Source: Octopus bimaculoides (Eukaryota). From it: a stretch of 32,003 bases of DNA. The stretch is from contig NC_068983.1 in NCBI RefSeq assembly GCF_001194135.2, positions 52,009,823-52,041,825 on the forward strand, given 5' to 3'. The notes under the pieces were generated by a model. It made no database searches and was not told the DNA's origin. It saw only the letters and a program-made list of their open reading frames with translations. This document shows positions 1 to 11,225 of the stretch, piece by piece. How positions within the stretch are numbered: position 1 is the stretch's first letter; each line of letters opens with the position of its first letter. The position numbers and the translations under genes are program-made.

Positions 1-47
<47 letters not shown>

Positions 48-95
48 ACGTGTTTTGTGTGTGTGAGTGTGTGTGTGTGAGTGTGTAGGTATTAG
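1..95. repeat. (TA)n followed by (TG)n microsatellite
   Basis: Perfect TA run 1-46, then interrupted TG run. Confidence 0.95.
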
Positions 96-2611
96 TGTGT
101 ATACGTACAGGATTACATATATGTATGTGCGTACGTATATATTTTCTTATATATATATATAAACAAGTTTTATGTCACACACACAAACCGAGTTGAACAT
201 AGACTGTTATTCATAGCACTCAAACACTGTTTTAATTAAAAGCTATACTCACTGTCTTTCTAAAACCCAAACAACTATTGAACATATCAAATACTTAAGC
301 ACGAATTTATATTTACGCCAGACGTGTTGTCCCACCATAGCTCTCGTCTTTTATTATTTCATGTTGAGGAATCAGTTTGGATTATCAGTATTAATCTCTG
401 TATGGATGTACACATATAGATGTAGGCGTATATGTGAGTGTGTGTGTGTGTGTGTACCAGAAAGAGAGAGAGATTGATATATACTTATATATATATATAT
501 ATATATAAACATATATATGTATGTATATACATACATACACACACACATACATATATATGCTCAATCACTTAATCCGATTTGCATTTGACCTTTACGCACG
601 TGTATTATCTAAGACCAAGTGTTTCATGATAGCATTACTTACAAACAAAAGAATCATTATATTTCAACATAGTTTCCCAATGGATTGTTGCTATTAAATA
701 TCTAGATATGGCATTATAGATATCTGTTCTTATCGGATACGAGAGCGAAATATGGCATCCGTCTTTGGAATCAGAATTATAGAATGAAATGCGGGCGAGA
801 ATTCCAATTAAATGCATGCGAAGCAATTAATCTGTCGACGTATTGTGTGAGAGAATTAAAAAGGAATTCTTCTTATTTATCGATTCATCCTTTATAACAA
901 GTTCAATATGTATCACCGGAAGAAAACTATTGAAAATACGGAAATATCACCGCACAAACGCCTGTGGTATTATTGATTGTATTGATGTTAAATTTCAGAG
1001 CTTTGTCCAGAAGCCATTTCTTTCTTTGGGGGCATCATTGAAAATCTAATTCTTCTATATCTAGGAAAACGATATATAGATATTAAATATGCCCATTGGT
1101 TATAGAAAGTATATAATCTATTTTAGAAATGTTCGATGCACAAACGCACATATACACACGCACACACTCGCGTACACTAGCACTCACGCACACACTATGT
1201 GCATAGTCTATGGGGATCAAAATTCAGAAGAAAGTAATCCCTTCAACCATCAATTAAACTAGCTTGTAATCTGAAGTAAATTCTAACAATGCAAACTACA
1301 CCTGTCTTTCCTCAATATATTCTCACTCTTACTGCATTATATACACTTCAGGTTTATAACACTCTCTCCGTCTCTCTACAGCCACTTACAAACTCACAGA
1401 TATACACACACTCACACATAAACATGTTACGAATGCAGATATATTTAATGTGTGTATATTATATGTCAGAATTGGAAAGTATTATAAAAGCGAGATGTAT
1501 ACGGTATTTATGGAGTTTGCAGTTCTGTCTCAGATACAATATTGATGTTAAAACTATGCCTTATATCATAAGGCGAAAGCTAAATGTATTATATATTAAT
1601 AAATGTTTTCTAGAATTATGTACTTTTAGGTTGTTTGCTATACGACTAAATATATACAGTCATTTATCGTTGTTTTATAAGCAGCTCTGATAGAAAACAA
1701 CTTACACAGCATTATAACTGATATAATTGTACCGAGTGGCATATATTAAATGGTTCCCTGGTGTAAAGTAATGAAATATTTGTATCTATCGCGTAGACAT
1801 TGTTGGTAACAACTGGCAAACGAGTGTGGATTTATATACAATTCTCATTCAAGAAATTTACGAAAAATATTCTTGTATTCAGATGTATAGAGACGCAAGC
1901 ACGGCTGTGTAGTTTCGGGTTTAGCTCTAGTGCGAATAAAAAACCCGACCCGAGAAATGTCATTTGTATGAATTTGGTAGCGGGAAAGAATATGAAATCA
2001 TGTGATTATTACTGACAAAATCAGTATTAATACCGAAATGCAACCTGTATACTCTAATTAACCTGGATGTTTTGTTAGGACATTGACCGACGCGTTAATT
2101 ACCTTAAGAGGAACTTCCATACGGACACATGGTATATAAAAGTACTCGTATTTATATGGTTGGCAAAAAATTGTCGTCTGCTACAGGCACCAACGATATA
2201 CATACGTGTACTTTTATGCACTATACATTCTTATGAAAAGTCATCTCGGCAAATAACGTGGTATTTCGCGTTCTAACAAACAACTATTTCAAGTTAGATA
2301 TAAAGCTTCCCATTGAGTGTTAATACTGCTCCTGTTGCTAATATTCATTTTTAATGAACCTTCTAGCTTTAAACTTCATCAGAAACTGAAAATACACTAA
2401 TATTCTAAATATCATTGGTAGTGGGATTCGGGCTAGTAAGCGGCTGCCGTACGTTTGTTACAGAGGAGACCTGGTGGGTTAAAATCCTGTGATCTGTCAG
2501 TTCTAGCGCCCGTAGTGAACATTTATCGTCTGACAACTGTATAAATATTTGCTTCCATGCAGCCTGCGTCCATATAAGCGTTTCTCTGAAAGAAAATAAT
2601 GCAGCATTCAA

Positions 2612-2911
2612 TGTTTTACTAGAGCATACACATAGATTGCCATTTGGAGGCCTATCTATCTATCTAACGATCTACCCAATAGAATTTAAGGTTCTGGAAC
2701 TCGCGAGAACGTTCGCAAGGGGTCTCGATTTTTGTTTACGTTATTATTACACTCTTAATTTTTACAGCTTGAATAAACAGACTTCACAGCTATCTGGAGT
2801 ACCACTGTTTTCTTCTTTGCGAGTAAACGAGAGAGGTTTATAGAACCACAGACAATAGACCTATTTGGATTATTATTCTATTCTTTGTAAATAAACAAGA
2901 GAAATATAACA
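2612..2911 (+). mobile_element. Probable 5' LTR of the Gypsy element (left boundary uncertain)
   Basis: Ends ...ATATAACA at 2911, 3 nt before a PBS; contains AATAAA signals. Candidate TG starts at 2612 (TGTTTTA) or 2456 (TGTTA); there is no second LTR in the window to fix the boundary. Confidence 0.5.
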
Positions 2912-2914
2912 AAT

Positions 2915-2932
2915 TGGCGTCACCGGTAGGAT
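2915..2932 (+). promoter_or_regulatory. LTR retrotransposon primer-binding site, probably tRNA-Ser type
   Basis: TGGCGTCACCGGTAGGAT directly after ...TAACA-AAT; resembles the TGGCGTCAC...AGGAT complement of tRNA-Ser 3' ends and precedes gag-like sequence. Confidence 0.75.
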
Positions 2933-3107
2933 ACTGTCGTCATTTTCGTGAAGTGGACTTCTTACGATAGGATAAGAAAGACTATTCTTACGGAGTTGAC
3001 TTTTTACATCGACACTCAGATATAATTATTTGAAAGCTAAACAACCAGTTTTGCACATAAGCTTCATTTTAGATAAAACTATAATTCAACTTTTTTTAGG
3101 TTGATAA

Positions 3108-4050
3108 CATTGGCAGAACGAAGCAGCGTGCTGATAAAGTTACTGACGCAAAAACTTCAACTTTACAGGGAACAAACTGAAGTACAGACGCAGCAGCACA
3201 GAGAAGATATGGAAGCTTGAACAAGGCTGATTCAAGTTCAAATAGCTGAAAAAGATTCCAGTCAAAGTTCCCGTATTCAAATTTCTTCTACTGCTATCCC
3301 ACCATTTGTTACTTTTGACTCGGCATCTGAGTTGTGGTCAGATTACTGGTCAAGATTCTGCACATTTATTATGGCAAACGTTGTGCCTGATCAGCGCAAG
3401 GCTCAAAGTTTTTTGCCATTTATAAACAAGTGGCTAATCTGGTTACGCAACAGAATCCATCAAAAGATATTAACGAGCTGACAATGAAGGAAATTGCCAG
3501 CTTTATGAGGGAACAATTTAAGCTAAAACATTTCATTGTGCGGGAACGTTCCAAGTTCTGGACTGACATGAAACGGAAGCGAGGCGAAATTCTCCAAGAA
3601 CTGGTAGCACGTATACAACAAGACGCTGCTAACTGTGATTTCCCTTCGATCACAGACCCTCAAGATTAAGTTCTTTGACAAAGATTCATGTTCTGTCAAC
3701 AATAAAGCTGTCTTAAAGTCTCTTTTTAAGATCAAGGACGCAGAGCTGGACTTTGCCTGTGCTGTTGAACTCGCAATTGAGACTGAAGGCGCAGCGAAGG
3801 TTGCCAATGACCAGGCCGGTAAGCAAAGACCAAGGTTTGTCAACAAAGTGAAGCAAAGCCAGAACAAAGTTCAACGAATAAACCACCAGCTGTTCAATCC
3901 CACAGATCCTGGCTCGAAGTTCCACAGATGTTGAAAGGCCCATAATGTGGCAAACTGCCTCTACGAAGAAGTCAAATACCATACCACTTTTGTGAGAAGA
4001 GCATTTAGAAGCTGTTTGTAAGAATAAGTAACGTCAGCAACGGGAACATC
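3108..4050 (+). pseudogene. gag: Degenerate gag of a Ty3/Gypsy (K02A2.6-like) retrotransposon
   Basis: Frameshifted segments IPPFVTFDSASELWSDYWSRFCTFIMAN, FIVRERSKFWTDMKRKRGE..QELVARIQQDAANCDF and VNNKAVLKSLFKIKDAELDFACAVELAIETE; decayed zinc knuckle (HRC*KAHNVANC). Confidence 0.8.
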
Positions 4051-4139
4051 GTTCCAAACCTTCTATGAAGAGAATCACAAAAGCAGATCTTGTCAAGGAA
4101 ATCCTAAGTGCATTTCCCGACGATACTTCTACGTTTGTT

Positions 4140-5745
4140 GTGCCAATCACAATCCAGGACCGATAGTTTGTGATGGAACTTGACACCGCAACTACTGGAA
4201 ATTTCGTTTCTTTGCTTATCTGGAAACCACTCTGAAAACTGAAGCTGGATGATGTCAGACAACTCTACGAGTCTGCCCGCAAGCAATACCCGCCCGTGCT
4301 GGGAACGTCTATGGCCGAAACCAAGGATCCAGTGACTGGTAAACAAAGCAAAATTCCTTACATTGTCACCAAGATCCCTGACCTGAACTTGCTGGGACGA
4401 AGCGCTATCCAGACACTAGGAATTTCTGTAGACAACGCTCTTGGACTCAAATGCACAGAGAGGCAAGACAAGAGTAAGGATGCAAAAGCATCACATCCTA
4501 AATCCTCGAACTGGCCTTACGTTTCCCTGCAACGACATAGCCACAATCTCTGTGACGAGTTTCCAGATATTTTCAAAGAAGAATTGGGATGTTCTAAAGA
4601 TCTGAAATTGGAAAACAAGTTCAAATCTAATGCGAAGCCGGTTTTTCACAAGGCACGACCGGTTACATTCGCTTTGTGTCCTGACCTAGCCAAAGGTTAC
4701 GAAGAAGGCATCGCAAAAGGAATCTGGAAACAAGTCCAGTTTAACGAATACGGAATGCCAGTTATCTCGATTCGCAAAGCACATAATCCGGGCACTCCAA
4801 AGCACAAAGAGACAAATGATGAAGTCGAAAATTTCCGGAAGTTGTCGGATTCACTCAGTATCTACCACAGATGCCTCAACCATGAATCAAGGGTTGTGAT
4901 TCCACAGAGCCTACCGTCAAATAACCAAGATCTACTGCATATAAGACACTTCGGCACGGAACATATAAAGCAATTGCAAGAACCGCCGTCAACTGGGCAG
5001 GTATTGATACAGCTATTGAAATGACTGGTCGACGATGCGAATCGTATGACAAACACCAAAACAAACAAGACATCACAGCCTGCAGTTCACCCATGGATGC
5101 TACCAGAGAAGCCATGGAGTCGCTTACTCATGGATCATGCCATCAACTTCATAGGTACAAACTGGTGATCATAGACGCTTTCTCACGATATCCATGTATT
5201 CATCCTAGATCATTCACTTCCACTAGAGCCACTCTAGATCTGCTGAAAGAGGACTTCGCTAACACCGGATATTCTCATACGCTGGTCACAAATAATGCAT
5301 CAACTTTCCTTTCTGAAGAATTTCAGAGATGGTGCAAAGAACGTCGAATCATTCACCTGACAGGTGCACCATACCAGCTACTAACGGAACAGCAGAACGT
5401 TTGGTGCAGTCTTTCAACCAAGCACTGAGAAAGTCTTCTCTGCCCCCAAACCAGCCCTTCAGGAGTTTTAGATTCAGTACCAGAGAACGCCGATATCCTG
5501 TGAACTCTAGTCAAGCGAGTTCTTGATGAACCGGCAGATTTGGACTAGGATTCGCCCTCTGATGCCCTCTCCAGCACACATAGCTCAGGGCAAACAATCG
5601 AAGGTCTTATCTAAGGCGAAGATGACAACAGATTGAGGAGGTGTCAAGGTAACCAAACAGTACAAGTCTGATGATCCTGTATATGCACTGAACTATGGAC
5701 CCTGCCGCAACTAGCAGCCCCGATGGGTAGTAGCAGGGCTCAAAG
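4140..5745 (+). pseudogene. pol: Degenerate pol: aspartic protease, start of RT, large deletion, then integrase
   Basis: MELDTA protease motif at 4173-4190; NLLGRSAIQTLGI; KPVFHKARPVTFAL..GIWKQVQFNEYGMPV; SRVVIP..LLHIRHFG (integrase zinc finger); PEKPWSRL, LVIIDAFSRYP, LVTNNASTFLSEEFQRWC, PATNGTAERLVQSF (rve core); DPVYALNYG..PRW C-terminal domain. Many frameshifts and stops. Confidence 0.88.
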
Positions 5746-5914
5746 TAAAATACAGAAGAAAGTGTGAAAAAGCTATAAGGTTAAAAACGCGTCAATATAC
5801 GCATATTTACGCATGCACGCACATACATCAATATACACACGTATATAAATTTTTTTTGCGTGCGTGTGTATAGGTGCCAGGGTGTTGAGCGCGTGTCTAT
5901 GGGTGTGTTTGCAA

Positions 5915-5915
<1 letters not shown>

Positions 5916-5947
<32 letters not shown>
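5916..5947. repeat. (TA)n microsatellite
   Basis: Perfect TA run. Confidence 0.9.
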
Positions 5948-5950
<3 letters not shown>

Positions 5951-6423
5951 TTTGACGAGTATGTGGGTGAGAATGCGTGTGTTTCAAGCGAGCGTGGTTG
6001 AGTATATACATATAGGCGAATGTACGGATTGGTGCGCTTACGCGACACTATAGACTTTTCTACTCCTTTAGCTTCACCCCACCCTCTTAATTAGCGGTCC
6101 ATGGCTCTTTTGTCTTAATAACGGTCAACAACACAGCAATTTCCCTTTGTTTAACGGTCATTTTTCACAGGAATTTTCAATGGCCAGATAACTGAAGAGA
6201 TGGCGGCGTGGGTTTCCACCACAGCATCCGAAACTCGGAGTTTTATCGTGGCTACCGATTAAGTGGCAGGTATATATATATCATATAGATTTAATCAGAA
6301 GATTAAATGTGGTACTTAAAATGTTTGAGGCACCAGAATTTGGTAGGGTAAAAACTAAAAACAAAATCAAGAGATTTGGTGAATAAAATTTGAAGAAAAG
6401 CAACAAAAATGCATTAGATTATA

Positions 6424-6516
6424 GCAGTACGTACGTTTCGTACAAACTTCATTTAATTATGTAGTGAGAACACCACATAAGATGAAATGTACAATGAAAA
6501 TGTACTCCTCATCTCC
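6424..6516 (-). ncRNA. Degenerate hammerhead motif, inverted copy
   Basis: Minus strand reads GGAG-AUGAGGA-GUAC...GUAC-GAAAC-GUAC-GUA-CUGC; C3 is replaced by A and stem I has one mismatch. Confidence 0.55.
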
Positions 6517-6572
6517 TACTCTTGTATTTGCACACGTCTACAAACCGACTTTCTGAAATGAACTTCCATTAT

Positions 6573-6660
6573 GCAGCTGAGGAGTACATTTTCATTGCAC
6601 ATCTTATGTGGTGTTCTCACTACATAAATAAATGAAGTTTGGACGAAACGTACGTACTGC
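6573..6660 (+). ncRNA. Type I hammerhead ribozyme motif with intact core and long stem II
   Basis: GCAG(6573-76), CUGAGGA(6577-83), stem II 6584-6644, GAAA(6645-48), C-GUAC-G-U-A, predicted cut after 6656, CUGC(6657-60). Stem II has a 10-bp apical hairpin (6604-6627) and a UUCAUU/AAUGAA helix. Confidence 0.7.
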
Positions 6661-6691
6661 TATAACCTAATGTATTTTTGTTGCTTTTCTT

Positions 6692-6732
<41 letters not shown>

Positions 6733-6744
6733 GCATGTATGTAT

Positions 6745-6960
6745 TTGTGAGACAGTGTTTGACACCCCATATTTGCTTGACAACCGATGCGATGTTGGTG
6801 TGTTTACATCACCGAAACTCAAGGGTTCGGCAAAGGAGAACGATATAATAAGCACTAGGCTTAAAAGAATAAGCCCTGGGTTCGATTTGTTCGATTAAAG
6901 CAGTGCTCTAGTATTGCTACAGTCAAATGACTGAAACAAATAAAAGAATAGAAGAATAAA
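6745..6960 (+). mobile_element. SINE, 3' half (family A)
   Basis: GCTTGACAACCG...GGTTCGGCAAA...CAGTCAAATGACTGAAACAAATAAAAGAATA tail, also present at 7028-7180 and (reverse) at 10843-10990. Confidence 0.75.
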
Positions 6961-7027
6961 AAATATATTTATAATATATATGGCGTGGTCTCTGTCAACG
7001 GTTCAAAATTGTTGTTTGCCTATTTAC

Positions 7028-7180
7028 GTCCGTAAACCAGCGATTCGGCAAAAGTGACCGATAAAATAAAGGCCAGACTTTTAAAAATGTAAATATGTGG
7101 GTCGACTTTTCCGAGTAAGTCCTTCCAGGCGGTGCCCTAGCATGGCTACAGTTCAATGATTGAAACAAGTAAAAGTGCAA
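7028..7180 (+). mobile_element. SINE 3' fragment (family A)
   Basis: GATTCGGCAAAAGTGACCGATAAAATAA...GGCGGTGCCCTAGCATGGCTACAG...TGAAACAAGTAAAAG, homologous to 6820-6950. Confidence 0.7.
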
Positions 7181-7768
7181 AGTTCTTCATTATTTACAAA
7201 TTGTTAATTGTACAGTTGGTAAATAAGGTTTGGCAGATTCCTTTAATTACTACTATCCAGATTATTACAAAATGGAATCTAGCAGAATTTGAAATACATA
7301 TTTAGTTAGACTACGGCTGGAGATATTTTGGCATAATAATTTAGGTGCCGCCTAATTGGCGCCGTTGATTCAACGCAGACTTATTTGACATGGAGCATTT
7401 TAATTTATCTTTCATTTTCTATCTCTTCCCCCTCTCTCTCTCTACCTCGCTCTCTCTCACTGTCTATCGATCGTTTTATGTTTGCAAACATATTTTTGTT
7501 TATATGTTTGAGGAGAAGGAAAGTGCTGATGTCAATCATATTGAATAAATATATTATTCTGTCTGTCTTTTTCACTTTTCTTATTTCGATGTGTATGTTT
7601 CTGTGTGCACGCACATATGTGTCAGCGTATGTGTGTGGGGATATACTCCAACGCGAAAAAGTACCATCATCAAACGAAGTTAAGTTGAAGAATCTGTCCA
7701 CCTTGACAGTTCGTCAGTGACCATGCAGCTGCTTGAAATCCATACATTCGAACCAAGCTCAATATTTA

Positions 7769-8659
7769 CGTGGTGGTACCAAAGTGTTCCCGGACTAATT
7801 ATGTGTAATAAAATATAACTTATTTACCTAAGTTTTAGCAACATTTCCTTCGAAATAGTTACCTTGCTCAGCACTACACCGGTCCCAGCGTTCCTGCCAC
7901 ATTTGTAATCCGGCCTGGAAGTCGTTTTCCGTAAGCATGGGGAGAACATTCTGCGATCCGCTCTGATCTGGACAACAGCGTTGAAACGGTGATGTTTAGC
8001 TGCATTTTCATCTTGGATGAGAGATGGAAGTCTGCAGGCGCTAAATCTGGGGAATAGAGCGGGGTCCAAAGCGATGCCATGTTATTTTTGGTGAGAGACT
8101 CACGAGTAAGGAGAAATCAGTAAAAAATCCAATTCTTCGGGCTCCACGGATGCGGTCGCTTTTGCCGAATCTCCTCCCTCGAACGCTTGAAAACGTCGCT
8201 GTAGAACTCGGGATTGACGGTCCAATTTTGGGGGATGAGTTCTTGAAGCACAATACCACATTTCCGAGGGTGACGCTCGTGGCAGGTCTTTCAGATCACT
8301 CATCGTCATCCAGGGATCTTCTTCCGCTATTGAAGCCCCCATGCCACTCGAAACATTGCGTGCAACCCATTGCCTTGTCACCGTAAGTTTGCTGAAGCAT
8401 GCTCCATGTCTCTGTAGCAGACGTCTCAAGATTAACGCAAAATTTCACGTTGGCTCTTTGCTGCAACTTTCTGTCCAGACTACAGGATACACGTGATCAC
8501 AAAAACAAAAATTTCACAACTTTCGAAGTAAACGCAGTGATTTCACTAGGCCCACTACTTCAAGATGGTCACTGCCAACTCGCCTAAAGCATGCACTCGT
8601 GTACTGCCATTTGTTGGCGCGCTACAAAAATAGTTCTGTAACGTTTTGATACCACCTTG
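7769..8659 (-). mobile_element. Internally deleted mariner transposon (891 bp)
   Basis: 29-bp imperfect TIRs (21/29 identical) flanked by TA at 7767-68 and 8660-61; minus-strand transposase remnants QRANVKFC, CFEWHGGFNSGRRSLDDDE, YSPDLAPADF and WDRC..QGNYFEG. Confidence 0.92.
7830..8480 (-). pseudogene. Mariner transposase remnant (HTH and C-terminal catalytic part, middle deleted)
   Basis: YSPDLAPADFHL motif in ORF 7874-8080; N-terminal HTH region near 8300-8470; the WVPHEL and first-Asp region is not found; frameshifts. Confidence 0.85.
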
Positions 8660-8664
8660 TATGT

Positions 8665-8866
8665 TATTCTTTTCTACTCTAAGCACAATGCCCGCAAACT
8701 TTGGGGAGGCGGGCCAATCCGTTAGATCGACCCCAGTACTCAGCTGTTACTTAATTTATCGACCCTGAAAGGATGAAAGCTAAAGTCGACCTCGGTGAAA
8801 TTTTAACTCAGAACGTAAAGACAGAAGAAATACCACTAAGCATTTTGCCTGGCGTGCTAACGATTC
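8665..8866 (-). mobile_element. SINE (family B core, tail type 1)
   Basis: Minus strand: GTTAGCACGCCAGGC head, GAGGTCGACTTTAGCTTTCATCCTTTCAGGGTCGATAAATTAAGTA core, GGGGTCGAT...TGTGCTTAGAGTAGAAA tail. Confidence 0.75.
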
Positions 8867-9082
8867 TTATTTGTTTATTGCCCACAAGGAGCTAAACATA
8901 AAGAGGACAAACAAGGACAAATAAAGGGATTAAGTCGATTATATCAACTCCAGTGTGCAACTGGTACTTAATTTCTCGACCCCAAAAGGATGGAAGGCAA
9001 AGTCGACCTCGGCGGAATTTGAACTCAGAACGTAACGGCAGACGAAATACTGCTAAGCATTTCGCCCGGCGTGCTAACGCGG
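8867..9082 (-). mobile_element. SINE (family B core, tail type 2), in tandem with the previous copy
   Basis: Same head and core (GAGGTCGACTTTGCCTTCCATCCTTTTGGGGTCGAGAAATTAAGTACCAG) but a different 3' segment (GACTTAATCCC...GTGGGCAATAAACAAATAA). Confidence 0.78.
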
Positions 9083-9524
9083 TCTTCACCTTGTATTCAT
9101 AGTGCTGTCATTTCGTTTGAATCCTGTTCTGATAAGGCATATCTATAAGAAAATTTATTCCGAGACACTGCCCTGTTCTTTATAGCAGAGTTTCTTTGAT
9201 CCGATGCTATAAAATGTGTCCCTTTCCTACTAAACCAATGGAATCTGATCAGAGGGAAAACTGGCAGCAGCGGTTAGCAACACAAGAGACAGGGCTTTTA
9301 TTTCTCCGTTGGCAACAATAGTTCCAAACCTGTAAAATGCTGGTCTCTGTTGCATAGAACATCCATACAAACTTTGAAATGTTAAAGGGTGCGTCGCTTA
9401 TTACAGAGGCAATAGGAAATGTTGATGCCATACACGCTTGGCTGATGTCACGCTTCAATAAACGCAGGCGTACGTTACATTTTCAGAGGGCCAAAGAATT
9501 GCAGTGGATCTGTTTAGTTCAATA

Positions 9525-9600
9525 AATCACTCTCAGAAAAATCGAAAGTATTTTTCTCTCCGCTGAGAAGGATGAAAGTCAAAGTTGACACCACTGGAAA
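9525..9600 (-). mobile_element. Degenerate SINE family B core fragment
   Basis: AAGGATGAAAGTCAAAGTTGAC resembles the core at 8769-8790 and 8986-9008. Confidence 0.45.
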
Positions 9601-9719
9601 TAAAGTGTGAAAAAAAAAAAGGAAACAGTTGAATACATCAAAGAATTACCGTCAACAATTCTACCGCTTCAGCCATACATATATACATGCACACACACAT
9701 ACACAAAGATATATATATA

Positions 9720-10461
9720 NNNNNNNNNNNNNNNNNNNNNNNNNNNNNNNNNNNNNNNNNNNNNNNNNNNNNNNNNNNNNNNNNNNNNNNNNNNNNNNNN
9801 NNNNNNNNNNNNNNNNNNNNNNNNNNNNNNNNNNNNNNNNNNNNNNNNNNNNNNNNNNNNNNNNNNNNNNNNNNNNNNNNNNNNNNNNNNNNNNNNNNNN
9901 NNNNNNNNNNNNNNNNNNNNNNNNNNNNNNNNNNNNNNNNNNNNNNNNNNNNNNNNNNNNNNNNNNNNNNNNNNNNNNNNNNNNNNNNNNNNNNNNNNNN
10001 NNNNNNNNNNNNNNNNNNNNNNNNNNNNNNNNNNNNNNNNNNNNNNNNNNNNNNNNNNNNNNNNNNNNNNNNNNNNNNNNNNNNNNNNNNNNNNNNNNNN
10101 NNNNNNNNNNNNNNNNNNNNNNNNNNNNNNNNNNNNNNNNNNNNNNNNNNNNNNNNNNNNNNNNNNNNNNNNNNNNNNNNNNNNNNNNNNNNNNNNNNNN
10201 NNNNNNNNNNNNNNNNNNNNNNNNNNNNNNNNNNNNNNNNNNNNNNNNNNNNNNNNNNNNNNNNNNNNNNNNNNNNNNNNNNNNNNNNNNNNNNNNNNNN
10301 NNNNNNNNNNNNNNNNNNNNNNNNNNNNNNNNNNNNNNNNNNNNNNNNNNNNNNNNNNNNNNNNNNNNNNNNNNNNNNNNNNNNNNNNNNNNNNNNNNNN
10401 NNNNNNNNNNNNNNNNNNNNNNNNNNNNNNNNNNNNNNNNNNNNNNNNNNNNNNNNNNNNN
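9720..10461. other. Assembly gap (742 N)
   Basis: N run flanked by TA-rich repeats. Confidence 1.
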
Positions 10462-10655
10462 TATATTAATGTATATGTGTATGTGTTGTATATATAAATA
10501 TATATAATATATATATATATATATATTAATGTATATGTGTATCTGTTATATATATAAATATATATATAATATATATATATTCATATATATATATATATAT
10601 ATTTATATTTATGTGTATGTGTTATATATATAAATATATATAATATATATATATA

Positions 10656-10690
<35 letters not shown>

Positions 10691-10720
10691 TGTATATGTG
10701 TATGTGTTATATACATATAT
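10462..10720. repeat. AT-rich minisatellite, about 60-80-bp unit containing ATTAATGTATATGTGTATGTGTTATAT
   Basis: Unit recurs near 10465, 10525, 10607 and 10686 with variable TA spacers. Confidence 0.8.
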
Positions 10721-10842
10721 ATATAAGGATATATGCGTACATATTATTTATGTATACGTGCATATGGGTTCCTAAACACAAACACACTTGTGTATAGATA
10801 TATAGATATTCTTATATATACACACAATGCGTATATATATAT

Positions 10843-11225
10843 CTTTTATTCTTCCTTTACTTGTTTCAGTTATTAGACTACGGCCATGCTGGTGTACCGC
10901 CTTGAATTTTTAGTCTAATGAATTGACCCCTGTACTTACTTTTTACATCTGGTATTTACTCTACCGGTCTCTTTCACTGAACCGCTAAGTTACACCTAAG
11001 CAACATCACCATCACCGTTTGTCAAGCGGTGATAGGAGGATAAACACAGACACAACGACACACACATAGATATATACATACGGGATACTTTCAGTTTCTA
11101 TTTAGCAAATCCACTCTCTAGGCTTTGGTCGGCCCGAGGCTATAGAAGACACTCATGAAATGTGCCACGAAGTGGAACTGAACCTTGTTGGAATTGGGAA
11201 GCCGTACGGCCTACCATTTTGCTAC
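10843..11225 (-). mobile_element. Near full-length tRNA-derived SINE (family A)
   Basis: Minus strand: decayed A/B boxes (GGTTCAGTTCC), CTATAGCCTCGGGCCGACCAAAGCC body, internal TG tract, GCTTGACAA...CCAGCATGGCCGTAG...TGAAACAAGTAAAG tail. Confidence 0.75.

Larger units (their letters stand above)
6288..6696. mobile_element. Foldback element 1 (about 125-bp inverted arms) with hammerhead motifs; Penelope-like pLTR or retrozyme-like
   Basis: 6388-6511 is the near-perfect reverse complement of 6578-6696 around a ~65-bp spacer; flanked by TA runs on both sides; 6288-6387 shares motifs with the flank of element 2. Confidence 0.8.

Noticed and set aside
2265-2385. Minus-strand CTGATGA...GAAA resembling a hammerhead core
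   Set aside because: The stem II closing pairs and stem III do not form properly; no consistent cleavage site.
5766-6066. Weak inverted similarity (GAAAA..CTATA) flanking a microsatellite-rich core
   Set aside because: Too imperfect to call a MITE; no clear TSD.
9607-10507. Long ORFs spanning N gaps (also 14964-15563, 16780-18261, 29849-30997)
   Set aside because: Their length comes from N runs and TA/CA repeats, not from coding sequence.
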